From Candidatus Woesearchaeota archaeon (lineage in GTDB: Archaea; Nanobdellota; Nanobdellia; UBA10117; CAYGVN01), in contig CAYGVN010000049.1 in the NCBI GenBank assembly GCA_964353445.1, forward strand, positions 1-6,363: 6,363 nucleotides of DNA, in the 5' to 3' direction. This document shows, piece after piece, positions 1-5,895 of this stretch. Below the pieces are notes generated by a model that was not told the DNA's origin, did not search any database, and saw only the letters and a program-made list of their open reading frames with translations. The translations under genes were made by a program, and so were the position numbers. The first letter of the stretch is position 1, and every line of letters starts with the position of its first letter.

Positions 1-1
1 T

Positions 2-106
2 ACTGGTCAGTCTAAAAAAATAAATCCAAAAGCTGAATTACTTGTTAAAGACTACATATTTCATAAAGAATCAAACGACAGATTACTAGCTATTATAAAA
101 AACTGA
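2..106 (+). CDS. Possible 3' end of a plus-strand CDS entering from the left edge (34 codons, ...KAELLVKDYIFHKESNDRLLAIIKN*), convergent with pheT
   Basis: Frame 2 is open from the window edge to TGA at 104-106 in otherwise stop-rich AT-rich DNA. There is no start, no recognisable domain, and the stretch is short. Confidence 0.3.
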   Translation, partial: TGQSKKINPKAELLVKDYIFHKESNDRLLAIIKN

Positions 107-117
107 ATTACATTTAG

Positions 118-1749
118 TTATCGCAGCAATTCTAAATTAATCTCAAACCCTACAACAGGCATCTCAATTCCCCAATTGTTGAGGACTTTCGGGTGCATCT
201 CGCCGATTATTCCTATTTCCTTTTTGCCGAGCAGGATTTTTCCAATTCTGCCGGGGATAAAGCTTGAATGCTCAGCTTCTTTGACGTCTGCTTTTAAGCC
301 GAGATTTGCCAGAAGAGATTCAAGAATCTGCTTTGCATCTGTGAAGCTGGCAGTTGCATTGCTTGAAACAAAAGCAAGCTTCCTGATGGTATCTGTGCCT
401 TCAACAACATCTCCGGCTTCGAATACAAGCTGAGGATATTCTTTTTTTGTGTTGCTGCCCAAGAACTCAAGCAGGCTTGGAAGCAGCCAGCTTCTGAGGC
501 AGGAATAAGTAAGTGAGACAGGATTTTCAACTTCAATAACTTTTGAGCTTGGCAGATTCATTTTTTTGAACAAATTTTCCTTGTTCGTCATTGTAAATGT
601 CATGATTTCTTGAGCGCCGAAGCCCAGACAAATATCTCTAACTTTGTCTGAAAATTTTTCCAATTCAGACAGGCTGCCTGTTGTTGCAAGCTCAAGCTTC
701 TGGGGCTTGAAGTTTCCATAGCCGTATGCTATTGCAACATCTTCGATTATGTCAACAGCGTGCATGATATCTGTCCTGTAGCATGGGATTTCAACATCTA
801 CAAAATTCTTATTCTTGGAAGCGGCCCCATATCTGGCTTCTTCCAGCAATTCCCCGATTTCGTATGCTTCAAAGGTAGTGCCTAATAAATCGTTAACATC
901 CTTGACGCTTAATTTGAACTTCGAAGTCTCCAGATGAGGTGCATTATCTTTTGGCGAGTAAGGATAATCTATTGCAACAGAATGAATCTGCCCTCCTCTG
1001 TCTGCCAAAGTCAAAGCAATTATCTTGAGAACATTATTTACAGCCTTGTAGTCTGTTCCTGTAACTTCAATAAGCACATTCCGCGTCTTTTCAGTTATCT
1101 GGCCTAAATCATTTGAATTTATTACAGGCGGCATCGATAGGACTTTTTTCTTGCTGTCCATGAAAATCGGATATTCTTTTAAGCCGTCGAGTAAGTGCCC
1201 GTATTCAGCTCCTTTTGGATGCTGTTTTAAGATTTGAGCAGGCGTAAGTTTCTTTTCAAAAGTCAGAGGGACAAATGCATTTTCATTTGGCCTTGTCAGT
1301 GTGTAAGAAAGCGGGAAATTTACCATGTCAAAATCATAAAGCCCTATTGAAGTCCTTTTTCTGTTTCTGCCGTATGTGCTGTCAATCTTATCCTGCTGCT
1401 GCATTATTTGCTTTATTATCTGGCCTGAAAGCCTTGCATTCCTCACAACAGCGCAGGCAATATACGGCCTGATATTTTTCAGCCTTTTATCAACATTAAT
1501 TTTGAAATTTGATTTGAAGGAAGCGTATTTTTGAAGCCCAGCTGCTTTTATCTGCCTGGCAATGCCCTCTGCGCACCACAAGTCAGGCCTGTTGCTGTCT
1601 TCGATGTTGATTTTCAGCTCGTCGTCAAGCATGCTTTCGACTTCTGCTTTTGCATTCTGGAGAACATCATTAAGTTCGTCAATATCTCGAGGCAGTCTCC
1701 TGCCTGCAAGTTTCTCCAAATCTCTCAGTGATATTTCAATTGTCGGCAT
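118..1749 (-). CDS. pheT: Phenylalanine--tRNA ligase beta subunit, archaeal/eukaryal type (543 aa)
   Basis: Long intact ORF of the size expected for archaeal PheRS beta. The N-terminus MPTIEISLRDLEKL resembles the conserved MPT(V/I)S... start of archaeal/eukaryotic beta subunits. It lies in the same operon as pheS. A Shine-Dalgarno AGGTGA (1758-1763, minus) sits 8 nt upstream of the ATG. Confidence 0.93.
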   Translation of the reverse strand: MPTIEISLRDLEKLAGRRLPRDIDELNDVLQNAKAEVESMLDDELKINIEDSNRPDLWCAEGIARQIKAAGLQKYASFKSNFKINVDKRLKNIRPYIACAVVRNARLSGQIIKQIMQQQDKIDSTYGRNRKRTSIGLYDFDMVNFPLSYTLTRPNENAFVPLTFEKKLTPAQILKQHPKGAEYGHLLDGLKEYPIFMDSKKKVLSMPPVINSNDLGQITEKTRNVLIEVTGTDYKAVNNVLKIIALTLADRGGQIHSVAIDYPYSPKDNAPHLETSKFKLSVKDVNDLLGTTFEAYEIGELLEEARYGAASKNKNFVDVEIPCYRTDIMHAVDIIEDVAIAYGYGNFKPQKLELATTGSLSELEKFSDKVRDICLGFGAQEIMTFTMTNKENLFKKMNLPSSKVIEVENPVSLTYSCLRSWLLPSLLEFLGSNTKKEYPQLVFEAGDVVEGTDTIRKLAFVSSNATASFTDAKQILESLLANLGLKADVKEAEHSSFIPGRIGKILLGKKEIGIIGEMHPKVLNNWGIEMPVVGFEINLELLR

Positions 1750-2401
1750 TTATTTTCTCACCTTTATTAAATAAGTAAACATCTCCAATAAATTTTAGAT
1801 TTTTGCTATTATATGCTAATGCGTGTCCTTCTGGAATAGCATAAATTTTAATATTGGTTTTTTTTGATAAATTTTTAAGATTCTTAGCTGGCGACTCTCC
1901 TGAAAGTAATTTTTTTGGTCCTCCATAATGCACAGAAACTGCAAAATCAACTAATCCAATACCTTGCTCAAAAGCTGTTTTTGGGCGATGATCCTGTCCT
2001 TTTATGACCGCATATTTCTTGCACAGCGCAAGAGAACCGGCACTATTTCCAACGATTGTGCCAGCATATTTTTTTAAGTATGGCACAATTTTCTTTTCAT
2101 GCAGTTTTTTTACTAAAAATTTAGGCTCTCCGCCAGGCAAGTAAATCAAATCTGAAGAATTTATTTTTTCTACAATTTTGTGCAAAGGATCTGAAATTTC
2201 TGGATATATTATTTTCTTTGCGCCAATATTTTTGAAATAATCTACCGTGCTTTTTCTATATTTTTTCTTCTCGACTTTTGCAGTCCAAGGAAACACAAGA
2301 ATTACTGGTGAATTATTAATATCCGCAAATATTTTTTTAACTAATCCTTTATGTTCACCTTTTTCGAAATCTGTTCCACCAAGAAAATATAATTTCGGCA
2401 T
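1736..2401 (-). CDS. Peptidase S51 family protein (dipeptidase E / cyanophycinase-like, class I glutamine-amidotransferase-like fold), 221 aa
   Basis: Motifs match the S51 pattern: LPGGEP, then GNSAGS (nucleophile-elbow Ser), then a downstream His (VSVHY) and Glu (IPEGHA), consistent with a Ser-His-Glu triad. GGAGG lies 10 nt upstream of the ATG. The start overlaps the pheS stop (TAATG) and the 3' end overlaps the pheT start by 14 nt. Confidence 0.75.
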   Translation of the reverse strand: MPKLYFLGGTDFEKGEHKGLVKKIFADINNSPVILVFPWTAKVEKKKYRKSTVDYFKNIGAKKIIYPEISDPLHKIVEKINSSDLIYLPGGEPKFLVKKLHEKKIVPYLKKYAGTIVGNSAGSLALCKKYAVIKGQDHRPKTAFEQGIGLVDFAVSVHYGGPKKLLSGESPAKNLKNLSKKTNIKIYAIPEGHALAYNSKNLKFIGDVYLFNKGEKINADN

Positions 2402-3933
2402 TAGAGCTTCGCCTCCCTCAGCCAGTCCAAATCATAGCTGAACAGCTGGCGGATATCAACGATGTTTTCTTTAACCATAAACAGCCTGTCGATACCAATT
2501 CCCCAAGCAAGCACAGGAACTTTTATTCCAAGAGCCCCTGTCAGTTCTGGCCTGAAAATTCCTGCTCCGAATGCTTCCATCCAGGTTCCAAGTTTTTCAT
2601 TATACACATAGCCTGTTACAGAAGGCTCTGTAAATGGGAAATAAGCAACTGGAACTATTTTCACTTTGTTTGTTTTGGTTATCTTTACTGCAAAATCTCT
2701 CAGCAAACCAAGCAATTGCCTGAAATTTAATTTTTCTCCAAGAACAATGCCTTCGCAATGATTAAACTCAACTAAATGAGTTGCATCTAATTTATCCGGC
2801 CGATAGCATCTTGCAATTCCAAAGTATTTTCCAGGAATTTTTAAGTTAGGGCTCATCAGAGTGCGCGCAGAAAGCGCTGTTCCTTGAGAGCGCAGAATGT
2901 ATCTGGCTGTTTCCTTTTCATCAAATTTTGTCTGCCAGCCAGTTGAGCTAAATCCTCCTTTCTCATGCACCTGCTTGACAGCTTTTACAGATTTGGAATA
3001 TTTTCCAAGATTTGCATATTTCGGCTCCTTGACAAAATAAATATCATGAATTCCCCGCGCAGGATGATCCTGCGGCATGTACAGCGAATCGCAGTTGAAG
3101 AAATTAGTCTCCACCAGCGGGCCAGTCATTTCTTCAAAACCCATTGAAACTAGCTCTTCTTTAACTTCATCTAAAAAAGCTCTGTACGCCTGTTTTTTTC
3201 CTGCAAATAACCTTGGAACAGGGGCGCTGATATCATATCTTCTTAAACTAATTTTTTCCCAGCCTTTTGTCTTAATCAAATCTGGAGTCAATGTTCCTAT
3301 TCTCTTCTTTTCCTTCAGAATCTGGGCTTCAACTTGTTCGCCTAAATGCGTGATTTCAAAATCGCGCAGTTTTCGGGCTGATTGTATTACAAGCCCTCTT
3401 TTTTTCAGAGCTTCAAGAGCATATTTCTCTTCAGAAGATAATTTTTCAGCATTTACTTCTTTTTCTCTGGCAAGCTTCTCCAGGAAAAGCTCTTCCAGAC
3501 TTTTATTTTTCAAGAATGCTGCGCCTATATCTGTGATACTTGCTTTTCCATCTTCTAATTTTATACAGCCTTTTGTTTTAAGATAGCCCAAGGCGAACTT
3601 CAGCTCTGTGCTTCCCAGCCTGCCAGCTTTCTCGATTTCTTCTAGATACATAGGCTCTTTGAGAACTGATAAAAATCTTTTTTCAGGAAGAATTTCTTCT
3701 GTGTACTTTTCTCCTAAATTGCTTAGGCTGACAATTTTCTCTTCTTGCTCTTTTACTGCAACAAGCCCTTTATTTTGCAGCCAGAGAGCAGCTCTCGCAA
3801 GAATATCTCCTGACAAGCCGGTTGCTGATTTCAAAGCCTCTATATCAGCTTTATCCACTCTTTTTAGAGCCTTTAGAATAACAATTTCAGCAGCCTGCAA
3901 TGCTTCTGCAACCTTTTCTATGTCTATGGCCAT
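2401..3933 (-). CDS. pheS: Phenylalanine--tRNA ligase alpha subunit, archaeal/eukaryal type (510 aa from ATG 3933; the ORF track extends to a GTG at 3957)
   Basis: Class II aaRS core is present: QDHPAR, LRSQGTALSARTL (equivalent to LRTHTSAVSAR), CYRPDKLDATHLVEFNHCEG, FPFTEPS, GAGIFRPE, AWGIGIDRL. A long helical N-terminal extension matches archaeal/eukaryal alpha subunits. I prefer ATG 3933 because the TATA box TTTAAATA (3959-3966) lies 25 nt upstream of it, and the GTG at 3957 falls between the TATA box and the predicted transcription start. Confidence 0.93.
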   Translation of the reverse strand: MAIDIEKVAEALQAAEIVILKALKRVDKADIEALKSATGLSGDILARAALWLQNKGLVAVKEQEEKIVSLSNLGEKYTEEILPEKRFLSVLKEPMYLEEIEKAGRLGSTELKFALGYLKTKGCIKLEDGKASITDIGAAFLKNKSLEELFLEKLAREKEVNAEKLSSEEKYALEALKKRGLVIQSARKLRDFEITHLGEQVEAQILKEKKRIGTLTPDLIKTKGWEKISLRRYDISAPVPRLFAGKKQAYRAFLDEVKEELVSMGFEEMTGPLVETNFFNCDSLYMPQDHPARGIHDIYFVKEPKYANLGKYSKSVKAVKQVHEKGGFSSTGWQTKFDEKETARYILRSQGTALSARTLMSPNLKIPGKYFGIARCYRPDKLDATHLVEFNHCEGIVLGEKLNFRQLLGLLRDFAVKITKTNKVKIVPVAYFPFTEPSVTGYVYNEKLGTWMEAFGAGIFRPELTGALGIKVPVLAWGIGIDRLFMVKENIVDIRQLFSYDLDWLREAKL

Positions 3934-3958
3934 CCTTACTCTGCTAAATAATTTCACT

Positions 3959-3966
3959 TATTTAAA
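3959..3966 (-). promoter_or_regulatory. TATA box of the pheS operon (AAACCTTTAAATA), predicting a leaderless mRNA starting at ATG 3933
   Basis: Minus strand reads CCAAACCTTTAAATA, then 25 nt, then ATG. The same motif and spacing occur upstream of both tRNA-type 5' ends in this window. Confidence 0.6.
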
Positions 3967-3983
3967 GGTTTGGAGCAGTTAAC

Positions 3984-3991
3984 TTTATATT
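3984..3991 (+). promoter_or_regulatory. TATA box of the divergent 70-aa gene (TTAACTTTATATTA)
   Basis: AACTTTATAT lies 22-23 nt upstream of ATG 4014. No Shine-Dalgarno lies between them, which fits a leaderless or near-leaderless transcript. Confidence 0.5.
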
Positions 3992-4013
3992 AAATAAAAT
4001 TCTTTAGAAGAAC

Positions 4014-4226
4014 ATGGTATTCGGACTACTTGGCCTGATGAGCATGTGGGGAATTTGGGGAATACTGGGATTAATAGCCTTTATTTGGGTTTTAGTTGAC
4101 GTAATCAACAGAAAGGATTTGGATACTGGAATGAAAGTGCTTTGGATAATAATTGCATTACCTTTCATCCTTGGTATAATCGGCGCAGCAATCTACTACT
4201 TTATCGGCAAAAAGAAGAAAAAATAA
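4014..4226 (+). CDS. Small two-TM membrane protein resembling the PLDc_N (phospholipase-D-nuclease N-terminal) domain family, 70 aa
   Basis: Two hydrophobic helices separated by VDVINRKDLDTGMKVLW, with a basic tail GKKKKK. This matches the pattern I recognise for PLDc_N small proteins (W..iDv..r......k.lW....lP.iG...Y...G). A promoter motif lies upstream. Confidence 0.75.
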   Translation: MVFGLLGLMSMWGIWGILGLIAFIWVLVDVINRKDLDTGMKVLWIIIALPFILGIIGAAIYYFIGKKKKK

Positions 4227-4252
4227 ATTTTTATCTCATCTAAGCTGAGATA
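4227..4252. terminator. T-run plus 7-bp hairpin between convergent genes (possible bidirectional terminator)
   Basis: ATTTTT follows the stop of the 70-aa gene. The hairpin is TATCTCA (4232-4238), loop TCTAAGC, TGAGATA (4246-4252). It overlaps the stop codon of the convergent 185-aa ORF. Confidence 0.35.
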
Positions 4253-4793
4253 GCTTGATAATATCAGACTTAGCTATCTGCGGCTTCTTCAGCAGATTAT
4301 CAACAGCATTGAGAAGCCTCTCGCCGCCTAATTTTGAAAGCTCGACTTCTGCATCTATTATCTTGCTGACGAGCTCGGAGGGGGCAAGTTCTCTCTTCAG
4401 AGCCTGCTTGATATGGCCGAGCAGGAATTCTATTCTGTGTTCTTCTTCTTTCAGCTTTGCAAGCTCTGCCTTGATAACGTCTCTGCCAGGCAAATGAATC
4501 TTTGACCGTTCAAGCCCGACAGAAATATTTTTGCTCAGCTTTTCAAGCTCTTTCTGCAGGCCAGCCTGCCTTGCCAGCAACTGGACAAAAATATCCCTCT
4601 CGTTTTCAAAATGCTCCTTTTTCCTTACAAGCTCAGCAAGAGCTTTCAGGTTCGGTTCCAAAGCATTGATGTCAAAAATAAATTTTTCCTCTCTTTTGCA
4701 GATAGAATCTATCTCTTCTTTGGCTTTCTTGACGCCCTGTTCTGTCAGCAGTCTCTTTTCAGCAATAATATCTTTTCCCATTTTAACATGCAT
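4236..4793 (-). CDS. Hypothetical coiled-coil protein, 185 aa (alternative start at Met5, coordinate 4781)
   Basis: Long ORF with E/K/L-rich, heptad-like composition (AELAKLKEEEHRIEFLL, LQKELEKLSKN). The antisense ORFs are S/F-rich junk. I recognise no domain. There is no promoter motif or Shine-Dalgarno upstream, and the first ATG directly abuts tRNA-Ile. Confidence 0.7.
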   Translation of the reverse strand: MHVKMGKDIIAEKRLLTEQGVKKAKEEIDSICKREEKFIFDINALEPNLKALAELVRKKEHFENERDIFVQLLARQAGLQKELEKLSKNISVGLERSKIHLPGRDVIKAELAKLKEEEHRIEFLLGHIKQALKRELAPSELVSKIIDAEVELSKLGGERLLNAVDNLLKKPQIAKSDIIKLSQLR

Positions 4794-4910
4794 GGGCCTG
4801 GGCTGACTTTCTCGCAGAGAAAACCAGCGAAAACCGCAGTTTTCAGCGCGTTTGAACAGCCGACCTCTCGATTATCAGTCGAGCGCTCCACCAGGCTAAG
4901 CTACAGGCCC
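4793..4910 (-). tRNA. tRNA-Ile (anticodon GAU) with a 44-nt non-canonical intron in the T-loop; no encoded CCA
   Basis: Minus strand reads GGGCCTG TA GCTT AGCCTGGTG GAGC G CTCGA CTGATAA TCGAG AGGTC GGCTG TTCAAA[44 nt]T CAGCC CAGGCCC A. All four stems pair perfectly, and the spliced product is 74 nt with T-loop TTCAAAT. Confidence 0.9.
4807..4850 (-). other. tRNA-Ile intron (44 nt), most parsimoniously at position 59/60 of the T-loop
   Basis: It lies between TTCAAA and T-CAGCC. Internal hairpin is GAAAAC-TGCG-GTTTTC. The junctions can form only a relaxed bulge-helix-bulge: T-stem as outer helix, U54-U55-C56 pairing with the intron GAA, an AG|U 3' bulge, and intron CGCG pairing with UGCG. The exact junction is ambiguous by 1-3 nt. 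Confidence 0.7.
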
Positions 4911-4934
4911 GTAAGTCTAAAGAACTCTAAGGTG

Positions 4935-4943
4935 ATTTTTAAA
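4935..4943 (-). promoter_or_regulatory. TATA box of tRNA-Ile (AAAACCTTTAAAAAT), positioned for initiation at or next to tRNA nucleotide +1
   Basis: TTTAAAAAT ends 24 nt upstream of G+1 (4910). The motif is the same as at pheS and at 6021-6027. Confidence 0.6.
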
Positions 4944-4948
4944 GGTTT

Positions 4949-4979
4949 TGAAAACAAAAGAAAAAAGAAAAAACAAAAT
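4949..4979 (-). terminator. Oligo-T tract downstream of the 113-aa membrane gene (archaeal-type terminator)
   Basis: Immediately after the stop codon the minus strand reads AATTTTGTTTTTTCTTTTTTCTTTTGTTTTC, several T5-6 runs of the kind that terminate archaeal RNA polymerase. Confidence 0.5.
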
Positions 4980-5321
4980 TTATCGCTTGCTAGCTAAGTT
5001 CCAGATAGCTATCAATGCAACTACCACTGCAGCCGGCGCAACTAATGTCATAATGTATGTAAGTATATTCTGCAAAAAGGTTCCGATAAATGGTATCAGT
5101 TTAAAACTCTGTGCGCCTAATATTAGCGCAATAGTTGCCAGCAAAAACGGCGTTGTTTCCTTTGTTGTTACATTTAATAGCCCTACTACTAAACCTATCA
5201 ATGCTAACAATGCTGCTATGCTTTTTTGGTCTGGCCAGACGAATCCAAATATTACTGCTACTACTATACCTATCAAAAAGATATAGTGGCCAAACTTCTC
5301 AAATGATTTTTTCTCAGCCAT
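4980..5321 (-). CDS. Hypothetical integral membrane protein, 113 aa (about 3-4 TM helices)
   Basis: Strong Shine-Dalgarno GGAGGT (5327-5332, minus) lies 5 nt upstream of the ATG. The sequence is hydrophobic throughout (IFLIGIVVAVIFGF, ALLALIGLVVGLL, LLATIALILGA, LVAPAAVVVALIAIW). A promoter motif lies upstream. Confidence 0.8.
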   Translation of the reverse strand: MAEKKSFEKFGHYIFLIGIVVAVIFGFVWPDQKSIAALLALIGLVVGLLNVTTKETTPFLLATIALILGAQSFKLIPFIGTFLQNILTYIMTLVAPAAVVVALIAIWNLASKR

Positions 5322-5355
5322 AGGTTACCTCCTGTTAAAATAAAAGAGTTTGCTC

Positions 5356-5365
5356 ATATATAAAA
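5356..5365 (-). promoter_or_regulatory. TATA box of the 113-aa membrane gene (TAAACTTTTATATAT)
   Basis: The shared AAAC-TTTA motif is present. The spacing predicts a transcription start near 5332-5334 and a short leader carrying the GGAGGT Shine-Dalgarno. Confidence 0.45.
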
Positions 5366-5386
5366 GTTTAGAAAGCAGAGTTGTGC

Positions 5387-5647
5387 TTAATTGTTTGGCG
5401 GATTGTATATCCCTGCGATGAACTCTATGGATTCTTTACATATTCTATAGACCTGATTCCATTTATTATTTTGTTCTTCCCACTTTGTATAAATAATTCC
5501 TAAATCAGTTAAAATATCCAGCGCTTGATTTAACGTCACAGAATCTATTGTCTTTTCTAATTCTGAAAAAGAAGATGATTTCTTTTCGATTTCTGAACGG
5601 TGATAAATCTCATATGCGACAATTAATTCAGGTGAAATTTCTGCCAT
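5387..5647 (-). CDS. Hypothetical small protein, 86 aa, possible winged-helix DNA-binding fold
   Basis: The ORF has a promoter motif 22 nt upstream of its ATG. The segment FSELEKTIDSVTLNQALDILTDLGIIYTKWEEQNNKWNQVYRI looks like helix-turn-helix plus a beta-hairpin wing. The fold assignment is by eye only. Confidence 0.6.
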   Translation of the reverse strand: MAEISPELIVAYEIYHRSEIEKKSSSFSELEKTIDSVTLNQALDILTDLGIIYTKWEEQNNKWNQVYRICKESIEFIAGIYNPPNN

Positions 5648-5669
5648 TTATATTTTTTAGCTGATTAAT

Positions 5670-5676
5670 CTTATAA
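5670..5676 (-). promoter_or_regulatory. TATA box of the 86-aa gene (AAAACTTATAAGA), predicting a leaderless mRNA
   Basis: TTATAAG ends 22 nt upstream of ATG 5647, and no Shine-Dalgarno is present. Confidence 0.5.
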
Positions 5677-5685
5677 GTTTTTGTA

Positions 5686-5823
5686 TGGACTGGTCGGGAC
5701 GGACCCTTTTCTAAAGAAAAGGTCCCGTAGCTCCCCAAAAGGAGATTTTCTTCGCTTTGCTCAGAAAATCGTAAATGTAATTCTTTCTGAAGGATGCGCA
5801 GGACTTTCTTTTGAAGAAAGAGA
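5686..5823 (-). ncRNA. Structured 3' flank of tRNA-Ala (about 138 nt): three hairpins plus one arm of a long-range helix; function unknown
   Basis: Minus-strand hairpins are CTTTCTT-CAA-AAGAAAG (5804-5820), TCAGAAAG...TTTTCTGA (5761-5790) and ACGGGACCTTTTC-TTTA-GAAAAGGGTCCGT (5699-5728). TCTCCTTTTGGGG (5733-5745) is complementary to 5927-5940. The 3' part is GC-rich in an AT-rich genome. I do not consider any ORF here credible. Confidence 0.35.
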
Positions 5824-5895
5824 TGGACCAGCCGGGAATCGCACCCGGAGCCTCCTGCGTGCGAGGCAGGCACTCTACTATTGAGCTACTGGCCC
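5824..5895 (-). tRNA. tRNA-Ala (anticodon CGC), intron-less, no encoded CCA, with atypical D-loop and T-loop
   Basis: Minus strand reads GGGCCAG TA GCTC AATAGTA GAGT G CCTGC CTCGCAC GCAGG AGGCT CCGGG TGCGATT CCCGG CTGGTCC A. The G3:U70 alanine identity pair is present and all stems pair. Confidence 0.88.

Noticed and set aside
176-3982. Numerous 60-170-aa plus-strand ORFs inside pheT, the S51 gene and pheS (for example 3077-3586 and 3608-3982)
   Set aside because: They are shadow ORFs opposite well-supported long genes. Their translations are S/F/L-rich low-complexity sequence typical of the antisense of K/E-rich coding DNA.
4611-5286. Plus-strand ORFs 4611-4997 (128 aa) and 4948-5286 (112 aa)
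   Set aside because: They are antisense to the coiled-coil and membrane-protein genes. The first also crosses tRNA-Ile and the oligo-T terminator. The minus-strand genes carry the Shine-Dalgarno, promoter and transmembrane signals.
5686-5730. H/ACA-type guide RNA (a hairpin followed by ACA near 5683-5688)
   Set aside because: The ACA lies about 17 nt from the hairpin base rather than directly after a lower stem. I could find no pseudouridylation pocket or K-turn.
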